Assembly: GCA_029953675.1 (NCBI GenBank)
Contig: JAMWBK010000004.1
Coordinates: 1,612,001-1,676,000 of the forward strand
Origin: Rhodosorus marinus CCMP1338
Lineage: Eukaryota > Plantae > Rhodophyta
Direction of reading: 5' to 3'
Length of the DNA: 64,000 nucleotides
The notes beneath the pieces were generated by a model that had not been told where the DNA came from, made no database searches, and was given only the letters and a program-made list of their open reading frames with translations. Position numbers and translations under genes: made by a program. Of this stretch, positions 23,772 through 37,404 are shown piece after piece. The first letter of the stretch is position 1; each line of letters begins with the position of its first letter.

Positions 23772-26700
23772 ATGGCTTCGTATTCAGGCGCAGTTGAGGA
23801 TTTAAGAGGAAGTTTGCCGATCTTGAAGAGGAGTTCTGCAGGACTTCCTGATGCTCCGGAGATAGGGAAAGTGAGTACTTCTGGGAAGTACTCACTTTAG
23901 GGACGGAGCCCCATTGCCCAATGTTGTTTTTTTCCGCGGTTGTTTTTACTTATTGTGTTTGTGATTTTGGCCGCATCATCAGGAACTAGTTCCAGAATTT
24001 CTGGGGTCGGAGCATCTTGGTGGGAAGAAATGCTCTCTGGAGAGGCGGGAGCGGTTGAAGGAAGCCTTGGAGGTTGTGAGGGAATGTGTAGCTAGCAGTG
24101 GGTTCAATGATTACTCTGCCACGGCGTACATGGTAGCAACCGTGCTTACTTTGGAGGAGCTTTTGAAAAAAGCTAAGAACAGCAATGTCGGGGCGGACAA
24201 GGTCCTTGACATGGTGTCCGACATGGGACACATTCTGAGCCTCACCGTCCAGGAGGCGAGAACAACGGTGATTCGAATGAAATGGAAAGCAATTTTGTCC
24301 ATTGCCACGAGAGCACTTCATTTAGCTTCCGAGGACGAGCTATTTTGTCGTGGGTTCTGTTCAATCACGGCGTCCATCATTTCTGTTGTTGATTCCATGT
24401 CATGGAAATCTCCACAGGTATGGCTGCGGTGCAACTGCTACGACTAAACTTTGCACCGTACTGCAGCGTCCTTGTTGACCATAATGTTCGACCTTCTTTA
24501 CACTTCTTCTCGGTAGATCATTGGCGCGTATCGGCAGCTTCTTCTCTTCGGCATTGATCAACGCTCGAGAGTTCAGCACCGGGCGAAGACTGCACTTACT
24601 GCGGTTTACAATGGACCCAGAGCTGAGAATATCTCGATTCGATTATCCAGGTCGAACGCAGCCTTTCTCATTACAGCACTTACTGATTCACAGTACAATC
24701 CAATCAGCACGATCTCGCTGGCGTATGTCATCGGAATGGGGTTGAATAGAAAAGATACCTACAAAGTCGCTCTGGCTGTTATCAACCTGGCGAAGAGCAG
24801 CCAGCCAGCTGTCTCCGCAGCGCTCCTTGAATATATACCGACTCTAATACTGAACGTCGAGTTCGTTGCCGGGGAAGCGGATCAGGAGGTAACCCATGAG
24901 ATGAAAGAGTTGCGCTTCAGTGATGTTTTTCTGATTCGTCTATTTGGAAAATCGACTTTTTCGTTCACTTCGGGAGCAGGTGACGTCATCTTTGTCAGAG
25001 GAGGAAGCGCTGGAGGTTGCGAAGATGTTAACGAGTTTCCCGGTTTCGAAGGTTGAGGATGCGGAGGGGGTATCCGCATGTGTGGCGGCGTTTTCAGCAT
25101 CTGCATCAGCGCTGTATTCGGTATCGGGCTCTTCTGCAGACTACACAGCAAAATTCTGCTCACTTTCGATTGAAATGCTTAAAACACTCGCAGACCCTTC
25201 CTCTGAAATCCAACGAATAGCCTCTGCGATGGAGCAGGTAGGGGCATCCATTGCCAACAGGTTATGTGAAGGGCATTTTCCTCATTCCCGCAAGCTGAAA
25301 AGTTTGCATTTGAAAAAATTATTTCGCCCCAGCTTGTGAGCTTGCAAGCAGGTCATCGAAGCTCGGAGGTTCTTTCAGCCCTTGAGGGTCTGCTTTCATA
25401 TCAATTCCAACCCTACTGGCAGCACATTTTACAGCCGCTGGCGTTGATGTACCAGAGCCAAGTCTATCTTGATGATATTCCCTTCGACGACTTCACGAGG
25501 TGCGGAAATCGTCGGACTTGGACGGGACCATTCCGCTTGCGGCTTTTGGAGCGTAGCTAAGGCCAAGGCTCTTTGCTTTTTTAAAACCAGGTCCATATCC
25601 ATCGTTGTCGAGAAGTACGGCCAGCTGACGGACGAAGACCTTCAAGGACCATTGGAGAATTTGATCATATCCCTACTGCGAGGCGGAGGTGCCGAGATCG
25701 CTCTTACAGCTGCTCAATTCGAGTTCAATCATGACACACGCGTAAACAACAGCTGGTTGATGCCTCTCATTTGTAACCACTTGCGAGGAGGCAAAGTGAG
25801 TAGACCTGCGACTAGCCGTGAGCGAATAGCAGAATTTGAGAAGGAACTTTGCTCTGACGCTCGCCTGTTCTTCCGTTGATCGCAGTTACGGACGTTTGCA
25901 AATCGGGTCCTGCCTATCCATAAAACGCTGATGGAACGAGCGAAGTCGGAGGAACAAGAGGGTAGTCCAGTTGCCTCGAAGAATACGACGATAGTCGCCA
26001 TGCAAGTAAGGAGGCTCCTCTGATTGTGGCGCTCTGAGCAGATCCTATCAGCTCGGAGCACCTGTCTTACCGAATGCAATGGCTTTCCCCTTTGCAGGTT
26101 TGGAGTTCCCTCTGCGGTTTCTGCAACGACCCTACAGATCTGTACGAGCAAATTATGGGCGTTGGATCCCTCATTGCGCCAAACCTAAACGCTGAAGACC
26201 CAACTGTATGAAAATTGCCAAAACAAAGGATGCTTGCATTAGCTGTATTCAAGCTGTAGAGAGGAGGCATCTCACCGCAGCTTTCTGTACGTACAGATGA
26301 AGCATTTTGCTATTAAGGCGCTCCGAAATCTAGCTCAGTCAGCTGGAAACTCTCTAGCGTCAGAGAAGGACAAGAAAACGTACGCTAAATTTTTGAAGAA
26401 CATACTACCGTCCTTATTGAAAGGAACGCAAACCTCATCTGTACAAAAGCGAGAAGAACACCTGGTGTGCATCACCGCCTGTTTGGCTGCGAGCCACTCA
26501 GACGCTGCTATCGCCTCTAACTTTTTGAAGAGAGCGCTGAAGAATGTGCTTGAATACTCCTCTGGAAATGTGCATAGCAGCGGTGAGGCTTCCCTGTAGC
26601 AATGGCACTCAGAGGCAAAAATGGTAATTGAAGTCGGCATTGTTTCTTCGCATGTTCTGCTGGGGTCAGATTCTGCACGATCGTCTCTGGATATTGCCAT

Positions 26701-28898
26701 GGCTATCGTTAAGTCGTACGCACTTGAGAAGGACTCCTCCGAACTGCTCCTCTTCTACAAAACTCTTTTGCCTCATCTGAAAGATCCAAGCGATACCTCT
26801 ATTCAGAAGAAAGCCTACAAGGTAAGAAGCTACAATCTCTCAATCAACTGAACGGGTCACGGATGACACGTATTAGCACAAACTGAATCGCCGTGGCCTT
26901 ACTGTCGATCCTGCTTAGGCTCTTGCCCAGTTCCTGCAGTTGGAGCTTATTTCAGTACCTGATGACCTTGTAACGCAACTGGAGGAAGCAGCGGACTCGA
27001 CTGGGGTGGGATCTAAAGCGAGCAGATTGTTCTGCATCCAGATTCTTCTTGAGAAGCTCTTGGTGGAGAGCTTGCATGAGTCAACGTGTAGATTCATTGT
27101 GGAGATCATTCTTTACAGCAGAGATGCGTCAATGAAGGTGAGCAGAATGGACTTTTGAGGCTCGAGAGCAAGCTGGATTTCTGAGCTTTGCAATCTCTAC
27201 GTGATCTGCACGTGTTTCAGACTCGTGATCATGCGAACAAGGCGCTGTTAACTGTGGCCCGTAGATTCTACAACGTGTTTCCGGCCGCGGATTATAGTGA
27301 AGAGCAATTTGCTGGAAGCGGAATAGAAACGTTTCTCAATCTTTTATGCGCGGGTCTCGCAGGTATGTGAAGAGCATCTCTAGTCAACAAGGTTGGAGAG
27401 AAATGTATCTCTAACGCGATGCCTTCTAATACCTTCGACGCCGTTGCTAGCCCGCAACGATGCTATGATCGCTGCGACGTTAATGGTTATTGCGCGGGTC
27501 ATTTACGAGTTCAGAGCTGAGATCAGATTGGACGAGTCTCTTGGCAAGCGGGTGACTGCGCTGTTTGCCGACACTGAGAGCATGCCAATACAACCTGGAC
27601 CTGTAACCCTCCTTCTGCAGGGTGAAAGTAGAGAAGTTATCCGCGCGAGTGTCGGTGTAATCAAGGTCTGACTTCTCAGTCGAATCCCACGGTTCCCAAT
27701 GGTTTTTTAACCGAGTGCTTCAATCACGTACAGGTTGCAACGGTTGTGCTTGACGAGGAGCAACTAACCAGCATCTCCGGCAGCGTTATTCCATCGCTTA
27801 TCATCGTTGCTGATGATTCTAAGAAGGATCTCCGGCTGAGGGTTCGTGTAATCGTGGAGCGGATGTTGAGAAAATGCAGTCTGGAGGTAATGGAAAGGGC
27901 GTTCCCGGTGGAGCAGATGAAGTTCCTCAACAATATACGGAAGCAACAAGCGAGAAAGGCGAAGAGGAAGAAGAAGCCCGATTCCGGCATATCAGGATTC
28001 GATCAAGCACTTGGAGGAAGCGAAGATGAAGGCGAAGTGGCGGAGTCTGATCTCCAGACAAAAAACGATCGACAGACGATGAAGTCTCGTGCAATGACAA
28101 CAAAGACCGGTCGATCCACTACGGCGGTAGGCTGGCTTAACAGCTTTGGCAAGTACTTCCGAACAATTTGCTCAATTTTTCTCCACTTGTACTCTGTTTA
28201 GGCTTCACTTCTTTCTCGCGCTCCGACGCGATTGTCCTTTGCTACGGACTTCTTGGACGGGCGGAATCGGGAAGTCAAGGACATTGGCTCCCGACTTCGA
28301 CTGAAGGACGACGGAGATCTTCTTGCAGAAAATGCTGCATCTCTCGTTTCGAAGAAGGATCTCATGAAGAGGAAGAGGAAGAGCGATGACGTTTTGGACG
28401 GTGAACCAGACAGCGATACGGGAGGCTACATTGTTGGAGATGATGGACGACCAATCTTCCGGGAGTCAGAATCAGAATCTGAAAAGGCTGATGCGGGATC
28501 AGATGAGGATGATATGGACAGAGCAGCACCGGCTCAGTCACAGCGTACCGCAGGTGGAGGCCGGCAGAATGCGAGAAAGAGAGGGCCGAATTCTCTGAAG
28601 GTAAGGTTCACTTGCCTACATACCTTGCCTGATTCAAGGAAGGAATTCAGGTTTGCTGAAAACAGAAACCGCGGTCGCACCGAAACTCTTTTTTCAGGGA
28701 TTGAATCTCGGGGAGGAGTTCAAGTCTCGCAGAGGGCGTGGAGACGTTAAGAGAAAGTCTCGTCCAGATCCATACGCATACGTTCCACTCGCACCGGGGG
28801 CATTCGCATCGGAGGGCGGGGGCAAGCGAAACGGATCCGCCATCGCGAAAGTTCACTTGGGGACCAGGAGAATGCAAAAAAGACAGCGGAAAGCATGA
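23772..28898 (+). CDS. RRP12: RRP12-like ribosome biogenesis HEAT-repeat protein (NUC173), multi-exon
   Basis: WLMPLICNHL, QVWSSLCGFCNDPTDL, KDPSDTSIQKKAYK, LRLRVRVIVERMLRK, MKFLNNIRKQQARK, and the hallmark C-terminus GEEFKSRRGRGDVKRKSRPDPYAYVPL. Confidence 0.9.
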
Positions 28899-29628
28899 AC
28901 ACCCCCCAATGACGTGAAACTTAATCAAACACCAATTGAATTTTCAATATTTAATCGCCTAACGTTCTCTGTCAATACAGCTTGATGGAGGACGTTGAAT
29001 TGTTTATATTTTAGAAAGGATATCATATGTTGAATGACAATATAGATTTTGGAATTAAAGTTTGAAGGAGTTGTGCCGTCGGAAAGTTGTTGGACGTATG
29101 ACACTCTTTTGATAAAAAAGAGAATATGAAGTCGTAGATTGAAAATGGTTGAGAATGGGAAGATGGAGCGGGAGGAGGAGGAGAAGGAGGAGGAGGAGGA
29201 GGAGAAGAAGGAGGAGGCGGAGGGATGATAGGTTAAGACTTGCAAAGGGTTCCTAAGTAGTGATTCCTCCTTTTTTTGCCGCAGAGGGGAGGTGGATTTT
29301 GTTGATCGATTGTGTAGGAAGAATTTTGATATATTGTTTTTGGGGGAGGAGGGCGGGGAAGGGGTTTGATCTTGTTCTTCCTGTCACGAGCTCATTTTTT
29401 AGAAAAAGGCTTTGCTGTAGCGAAGGAGTTCTCTTGCTACAACTAGTCCTACACATCCCTCCAGGGCTCTGAACCTGACAGGTGTTTTTGAGGTCGGAAT
29501 GGCGATTTGAAGCTGTTGGGCTGTTCTCGGGCCTTTTGTCAGTGCATCGAAGTGGGGCCAAAGGAACTTGGGTAGCTTTCCTGTTCGTAGCAGATTTTTT
29601 CAGAGCCACTTTTTTGCTCGAGTTTGTG

Positions 29629-32600
29629 ATGAGGGAGAACGGGGACCGGAGTGTTTTGGAGGAGTTCGATCCGCGTGAGAAGCTTGTAGAGGATCCAAAC
29701 TTGGTTAGGGGAAGGTTAGAGAATGGGCTTGCTTACGCAATTTTGCCGAATGCGAGGCCTGCTAATAGAGTGGAGGCCCATCTAGTGGTCAAATGCGGCT
29801 CACTAGATGAAGAGGACCATGAGCAAGGCATCGCGCATCTTGTCGAACATGTTGTCTTCTGTGGAACGAAAAAGTTGGCCGACTCTGAAAAAGTCAAATC
29901 GGCCATGGCCTCCATCGGCATGTCGTTTGGAGCCGACGTGAACGCGTCAACAGACTTTCGGGAAACTAAGTACACGTTTCACGGTCCAATAGAGCGCCCG
30001 CAGAACTTTCCTATTGTTGATGGCGGAGAGGCAATTTCTGACGGATTCCAGGGCGTATTGGAGATTTTGTATGAAATCTGCTTTCAAGCTACAATCGAAG
30101 AGGTAAGGTGATCGCTCGAGTCCCTGGCGCGAACCAACGTATTCCCGCCTTTGGAGAGTCCAATCATGCCTTTTTTCGTTCTCTTTGCTGAAGATTTGGG
30201 GCTAAAACCCTACCCCAACCGTGCGGCAGGACTCTGTGACAACTGAAAAAGCAGCGGTGCTCTCCGAACTGCAGCTGCGGAATACTGTGGAATTCCGCTC
30301 GGACAAGGCCTTCATTGAAAAGTTCCATGGAGAAACTCCGATTCCATCGCGGTAGGTGTCAGTTACCAAAGTTGCCACCTGCTTCCTACTCACTTGGGCC
30401 AATCGATAGTGGAGGGTTAAGAGTTTGCTGACAGCTGGGATGTTCTATGCTTCCAGGTACCCAATTGGCCTTGAAGAATCGGTAAAAGGATTCACCGCAG
30501 AGGACGTTCGAAGATTCTACGACAAGTTTTACGTCCCCGGAAACATGGAATTGTATTGTGTTGGCAGCTTTGATAAGAAAGGCGCTCTGGAACTCATCAA
30601 GTCGATTTTTGAGAAAGCGGAGCGAAAAGAAGTACCAGACTGTGTTAGCCACAGACTTGAAGAATATCATCGTTATGACAGGATTGAACCGGAAAGAAAG
30701 TTTGCCACCTTCAATCACAACCTGCTGGCACAGGTACGGCGGAAGCTTGACGTTTGTCTAGGTCTGGAAACTCCCGAAGAAGCTAACGTTTTGACACTGT
30801 CGCATTTCTATGTAGACCGTAGTTTGTTTCGCCGTGAAAGTACCTTCATATAAGGTTCAAGTATTCGAACATCTGCGCATTAATCTGGTTGATTCCATTT
30901 GTGGCTCAGTTTTTGAGGAACGAATGGACGGCATTTACAAGAGCATGGGCAACCCCATCTTCACGGTGGGTAGTATGGAACATAGCGAAACGTGGTCAAA
31001 ACCGCGACACTGCCCTAAGCATTTCGCTCGTTTCCTCTATTTATGTGTAGGAGTTTGGCTGGGGATACGACGACAGCCATAGGGAAGGCTGCGCTGCGAA
31101 TGTATTGACGATAAGCTGTGAACCTGCGGACTTCAGGGAGGCTGTCGTCTTGCTCTTGCGAGAAAGCAGAAGGCTTTGTCGCTATGGGATCCTTGAAGGA
31201 GAAATGAGGCGAGCCCTGCACATGTTGTTGAAGTCCTTGCGCCAAGATGCTGAGCAGGCAGACACGAAGCAGAGCTCGTCAATCATATCCGATTTAATCA
31301 ATGAGTCTGAGCTTGGAGATGTTTATCAAAGCGCACAAGCCCAGTACGAGCTCTTTCAAAAAGCTTCCAGGACAATCGATGTCGAAACAGTGAACAAAAG
31401 AGTCCGAGCAGTCTTTTCTGGATTGGGAATAGAAAAGGAGGGGTCCTTGACGCCTGAGAGTGAGTTGCTAGGGCCCCGACAATTGAGAAGAGATTAGTGG
31501 AGGGTACCATATTTCAACTCAGACACCTGCTCGTATCCGCGCTGCGGAATTGCCTTGGCACCTCATTTGCTTAGATGGTATTGAGGGTATGGTGGGCTGT
31601 GGCGATTGTGTGGTTTTTGTGAGCGGGCCGCAGAGGAAGCTTGGGAAATTTACAGTGGATGAGATTAACGAGTTGGTGGAATTGTCAGCACAGAGCGAAA
31701 TAGAGGCTCCTGCTGACATTGACCTCCCGGAATACCTTTTCGAGGTAGGAATCGATAATCAGCACGTTTCGGAGGAAACAGGATTTTAGTCCTGATTTCA
31801 TGGAATTTTCGCAGGAGCAACCCGAGCGGGTAGATTTCGTGGAGGTTGCTAGTGCCCAGAAGCTTGGCCTTGAGGTTGTGGAGCCTGAGAAGGCCATAGA
31901 AACAGAAAGCGGAGCTTGGTTCCGTACTTTGCCGAACGGGTACACATCACGAGGAGACAGACATCTAGGAATTTCCCAGTCAGGCGTCATGCCCTAAAAC
32001 TCTTTGATTCTATCTCAATAACTCACAGGGTCAGAGGAGCTTTCCACGTCACTGAGTATGATGCGAAGCATTTTATTCTTCGTGTCAATGTCCATGGCGG
32101 TTCGGCATCAATGGCCAATGAAGTTGAGTCAGCGGCCCTGTCGATGGGGTTGCTGACCATGTTTTCCGGGGGGGCGGCTGGATATCCTTCTCATGTCCTC
32201 AGCAAGTACATGTCTACTCATAACATAGACTTGGAAGTAGCAGTGGGCTTCGAGTCCGCGAGGGTGCGGAATCAGCTCTTTCGCTGAAGATCAGCTGTAA
32301 TATTACCGTGCTGACCCGGATACATTTTTGTCACAAAAATTATTTAGCTTGATCTGTGGGCAGGTACAGCAGGGCACGGCCTAAAACGAGCGTTCGAAAC
32401 ACTCTTCGCATATTTTACTACCCCCGTTTGGGACACAAGCTCGTTTGAGCGCGCGAGAAAAGAGAGGATGCTCTTATTCGAGGAACTTCAGCACGAGATT
32501 GAGAGGAGGGTCCAGGAGGCCGCGTACCTGGTTCGACAGCATCAAGCTCGCATTTGGTAGTTTCAACCCTAGCTGACTCAAACCGTTGCCATTATGGGGT

Positions 32601-33979
32601 AATTTTACATGGTTAGAATCTTGTCGGCGGGGACAAACGATTCCCGACAAGTTCGAAAAAGTGTCTTCGACGCATAGACTTTGACGATCTGCAGCAAACG
32701 ATCATGCGGGCGTTGGATCCAGCGAAGATGGAAGTGATCCTCGTCGGCGATTTTGATCCCAAAGAGGCTGAAATGGTGAGCTGCAATGCAAAGAAGTGCT
32801 TTGCCCTTCGGCTCCATGCATCCTTGATCTTCAGGAAAGGAGCGCCTCTTTTGCAAGTCCTTGTGAAAACTGATTTGTTCCTGTTCAACCAGCATTTTGC
32901 GTCATATTTCGGAGCTATAAGAGGAGTCGGAGTCGTAGATCCTCCCCGAACTATACCTGACGTTCGACTTACTTCAAATGAGGACGTGACGAAACTGTCA
33001 GTTTATGACCAGGAAAACCGCGCGGTTGTCGGTTTCACTGGCCATCTTAGAGGTAGATGGAGCATGTCTGGTCTTGACCTGCTGACTTTACGGACGAGGT
33101 ATGTTTAGAGGGTGTGTCAATGGTGACCCACAACGCATATTCCTTCCTAATGTACTCTTTTTGGTGGAACGTGATAGTTATACGACGCCGAAGCACGCCG
33201 ATAAGGCCTTCGGATCCCGTTGTCTAACCGTTTTGTCGGAAATCATTAACAATCGCCTGTACAAGGAGATCAGAGAGGAACAGAAACTAACGTATTGGGT
33301 GTCGTTTGGGCTAAGCTACTTGGACACTCACGATTTCAGTATTGTTTCCATAAGGGTTCGTATTACCGGCCATCAGCTCAAGACCTGATTTCTTGCTCAC
33401 GAGTATGAGACTTGCTTCGCTGTGCACGTAGATGTCACCCCTCGCGGATAGGGTTGAGGAGGCAATAGGTGCAGTTAAACTGACCCTCCGCAATATCGTC
33501 GAAGGAGAAATTACGGAAGAGGAATTCAATCAAGCCGTATCGCCGATGATAGCTCAGTGCGAGAGTAATCTGAAGCTGAACTCGTACTGGGTGAGCTTGC
33601 TTTCGAATGTGACGAGCTCCAATTGTGTGAAAGACTCATCGTGCGTCGTAAAGATACGAGGTAAGATGGCTTGCAGGGCATCGCAAAACAGAAGATCAGA
33701 ACTGAGACCACTCCTTCTACTTCAACAGAGGCATATTGTTCACTAACTTTGGAGGATGTGAAGGCCTACGGATGTGGCCAACTGCGAGGATTGCCGATGC
33801 AAGTAACATTGGGAGAGACACGTTCATACAGAAACGTACAGGACATCCTTCCTGATGCCCCTTCAGTACTAGGGGACTTGCCGCTGACGACAGTCCCTAT
33901 CATAGCTACTGGCCTCGCTCTTGCCATAGCCGGGACGACCATTCTCGTTCGCAACTGGAGAAAGGTTCGCGAACACTGA
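29629..33979 (+). CDS. M16 (insulinase-family) zinc peptidase, stromal processing peptidase (SPP)-like, with a C-terminal hydrophobic tail; 5' end uncertain
   Basis: RGRLENGLAYAILPN..PANRVEAHL...GSLDEEDHEQGIAHLVEH (HxxEH), NASTDFRETKY, RYPIGLEE, FYDKFYVPGNM, ISCEPADFREAV..RRLCRYG, RLYKEIREEQKLTY. Ends VPIIATGLALAIAGTTILVRNWRKVREH*. Confidence 0.82.
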
Positions 33980-34996
33980 CTCTATTCGCGGATGAGGAGT
34001 TCTTGTAAATTTGAGTAACTTGAAACCCATGAAAGAAGAGACAGCTTCTACGTATCAGCGATCCATTCGTAGAACAGTGCCGAGGTGGATTGGAACTCAC
34101 GGACCCCGAACTGCCTGAAACGAAAAACCAAACCAATTCCCGCCCCGGTTTTTTTGGCAGCACCGTGCGGGAAAGTCGGGCCGGGGTGCGGGTGGGGCAT
34201 ACCGGTTGGTTTCCCTTCTGAAACCATCTGCTCATTCCCAGAGCTGGAGGGGATAAAATTGAACCACCTTCTGGACATTGCTCTGTCGTCCGAACACCCC
34301 AAAAACCTGTTCGCGACAATCACAGAGAAGTTACACCTCCAAAAGAAAACAAAAAACACAAGACCACCCGACCACAATCATTTAATTTTTCATATTGATT
34401 GAATAAAATCTGGGCCAGGTGCTATTAAGAAAAAAAAATCGAGTTTTTTGAAAGATCGAAAAATTCCAACTTTTTCGTTAAAAGCGCAAGTGGGAGTTTT
34501 GTATCAATCCCAGACGGGGGGCATACTGCTCTTTTTTCCGAGATGACCCATTCATGGTTCCTTTCACAGAGTTTTATATATTTTGGAAATTTATTGTCAT
34601 ATTTTTGTCTAGCAAGACATTCTTATTGTCACCTTCAGTTGATGGCTGACTCCTTTGAGGGATTTTGTTTTACATATTTTTTGCAGATATGATTTTTGTT
34701 TTTTGAAAACTTTTGATTTCAAAGTGGGAAAAGTCAGCTTGTCCATAGACGATGGGAAACACGTGTGGTGGGATTGATTGCCTTGGATATATAGCGCGCT
34801 GAGATTTGTTGTGGGGGGGGGGGGGGTCTGGATGGCGGGCATAGGAAGGGTGGGGGAAGGGCAGGAGTGCAGGGGGTTGGAAATTTTCGTTTTTGTCTTG
34901 GCGTTGTGTGTTTTATTTTCTTGTTTCAGCATATTGATTTTTGGCGTTGTGAGCTTGTCTTGTTCTGTGTGGTTACTTTTCGTATAGACGGAGGAG

Positions 34997-36396
34997 ATGA
35001 AGGGCGGAGATCTGATCGTATCATTCTCGGTGTGTGCTTTGGCGGTGATCTGCGCCGGTCTGTTCGGATATTTTCATGATGATCTCTCGTTTGGGATGGA
35101 CTCGAGGGAAAAATTGCTCCTTCACAGAGCGCTAACTAGGGACTGGATGAGTTGGGAGGACTCAACTACCCCGATTCCAATCTCCTATGCGGCGAAGCTT
35201 ACCAAGTCTATTCTTGCTGGTGAGGTCGAGAATCTTCCTGAGAAGTTGGCCAAAACCGTATCGAAGGATGGCTATCAGACAGTGCACATCAAGAGGGCCT
35301 GGGATTATATTCGCTCGGAACGTCTGGAGCAGATCAAGACGATGTGCACCGCCGACGAGGAGAAATGCAAGGCTTATGTGAACTACGCAGACAAACGATT
35401 CGGACTCACACCCTTGCATCTTTCCTATTTCAATCGGGATGAGAAATTATCAGAGTTTTTGATCGGCCTGGGAGCTGACCCATCAGCAATGGATATGGCC
35501 GGGAGAAAACCGCTAAACATGAGCTTTCCGAGTTTCGTTAACAACTCGCGGAAATGGGCGAAGCAGAGGGGCAGTGCTTGCGAGATTCCAGAGGTGATGT
35601 CGTTTTCGATCATGCACAACGCTTCTCGATGGATATGTTTGAGACTGACAAAGTGTTGGCACTGATTGCGCTCGTCTTGTCCTTCCAGGTTATTGCGGAC
35701 GATACAGGAGAATGGACGAAAGAAGCGAAGAGGCTGATCAGGGAAGGTGAACCGGTGATCATTCGAGGTGTCGTAAAGGACAACGTACCCACATTGGAGG
35801 AACTTGTGAGCAAGTTTGGAAATACAACTGTAAGAGTTGGTTCTGTCCCATATGCGGACTATTTTGGATTGAATATTGAGCACATAAAGCTCAGCGATTT
35901 CATTGCGAGAAGTGTTCGAGGTGACGACGATGGACAGCTTCCCATGTACGTGTTTGCGAAGGATGCGAAAATCAGCTCAGAGTTTTTCGAGCTCATGGCG
36001 ACCTTAGTACGCAAAGCCTTCCCTGTTCCAGACATTTTCGACGATCCAAGTAAGATCGGGCCGAGCGCGCTTCATTTTGCACTCGGACGGGAAGGTTCTG
36101 GTGCGCCAATGCACATCCATTCTGATGCTCTCAACCTAGTTCTTGCCGGCAAGAAGCGTTGGTTCGTCCTTCCCCCACAAGATGCGATCTACTCAAGGAA
36201 GCACATCTCAACATGGGTCAAGGAGGATTTGCCAACAGCTGACCCGAAACCATTGGAATGCGTGCAGAACGCTGGGGACGCAATTTATGTACCGTTCGAC
36301 TGGGCTCACGGTGTGATTAATAGTGGCGAATTCACTTTCGCGTTTGCATTGGAGCTGTTGTCTGATAGAGAGAGCCTGAAAGCATTTAAATGGTAG
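34997..36396 (+). CDS. signal/TM-anchored ankyrin-repeat + JmjC/cupin protein (JMJD8-like), one intron near 35590-35690
   Basis: Hydrophobic N-terminus LIVSFSVCALAVICAGLFGYF; ankyrin FGLTPLHLSY...LIGLGADPSAMDMAGRKP; JmjC FALGREGSGAPMHIH...LAGKKRWFVLPP...QNAGDAIYVPFDWAHGVIN. Confidence 0.8.
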
Positions 36397-36712
36397 GCTT
36401 CGTATGCTCGCGTGCAGTCTTGCTTTCTCTGTTTCCCAGGTTTACCAGCGGAACCGCTGAGAAAGTCGCCATACCCTAGCAAGACTTTCACGTGGCACCG
36501 CCCCTGCTGGAGCTACTGATGGTGACTACCCGCGGTTTGCCGTTCGCCTCGAATGGAATCAGGTGCGAAACTAGTCTAAGAAACAAGTCAGTGAAGTACC
36601 AAAGCCGGAGTCCCACGGCCTACAACCGACGACGACCTTAACCGCGTACGCTGTGCACGAGAATACTCCTCTCGACGAGCTGACGTTGAAAAGTCCGTTG
36701 GGACTGCAATGC

Positions 36713-36955
36713 AAACCAATCCCAGCCGCGTAGGAAGAAAGCCACCCAGGGCGTGAACATAAAAATGAACGGCTTTCAAAAGCCAACGGTCTTCCTCCCT
36801 GACTCTTGAATTCTTAGCCCGAACCCCCAAACGTATATCCCTATAGCTGAAATGGAAACCAATCCCAGCCAATGACGCGAGAAGAAAGTAACCCAGGGCT
36901 TGAGCGTAAAAATGTACAGCTTTCAAAAGCCATGGCTCAACCACCCTCACTCTGC
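36713..36955. repeat. two diverged ~100-bp direct repeats (period ~145 bp)
   Basis: AAACCAATCCCAGCC...GAAGAAAG...CCAGGGC.TGA.C.TAAAAATG.AC.GCTTTCAAAAGCCA occurs at ~36713 and ~36857. Confidence 0.8.
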
Positions 36956-37404
36956 CTGCTCTATCCCGACTCCCAAAGCCTACAGCTCTATAGATGAAGC
37001 TCTAAAAACAGAAAAGGGGGATACAGCGTCGGACTAGCCCAGCACCCTGGGAGGGGAAGAGCCCTAAAGGCCATCGATAATCGATATAGACTATGGACCT
37101 TGCCGTATGCGTCAGACTTCCTAGCGCCCTGCCAGGAAGGCTTCTTACCACCACTCTGCTCAACCCATTCATTCATGCAGAGCTCAACGCATTCTTACAT
37201 CCGGCTAGGTCCATAAGTACTCATCGATAGTCTCATTGATTTGGCTTCAATAAATTCTAAAAATCCATTGGAATGGATGAATTTTTGACTATTTCGGAGA
37301 ATGTCATCGAGCCGCTTCGGTGGATTTTCGGATTCGTATGCTGTGCATTTGTGTCTCTTTGCCAAGGAATACAAAGCATGCTCCCGTACACAGCGACTGT
37401 TAGA

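Noticed and set aside
25230-25345. possible GC-AG intron in RRP12
   Set aside because: A canonical GT-AG solution (CAG|GTAGGG ... CCCCAG|CTT) keeps the frame.
29150-29225. GAG/AGG-rich run read as a poly-Glu or poly-Arg peptide
   Set aside because: Low-complexity purine tract with early stops; likely UTR or promoter.
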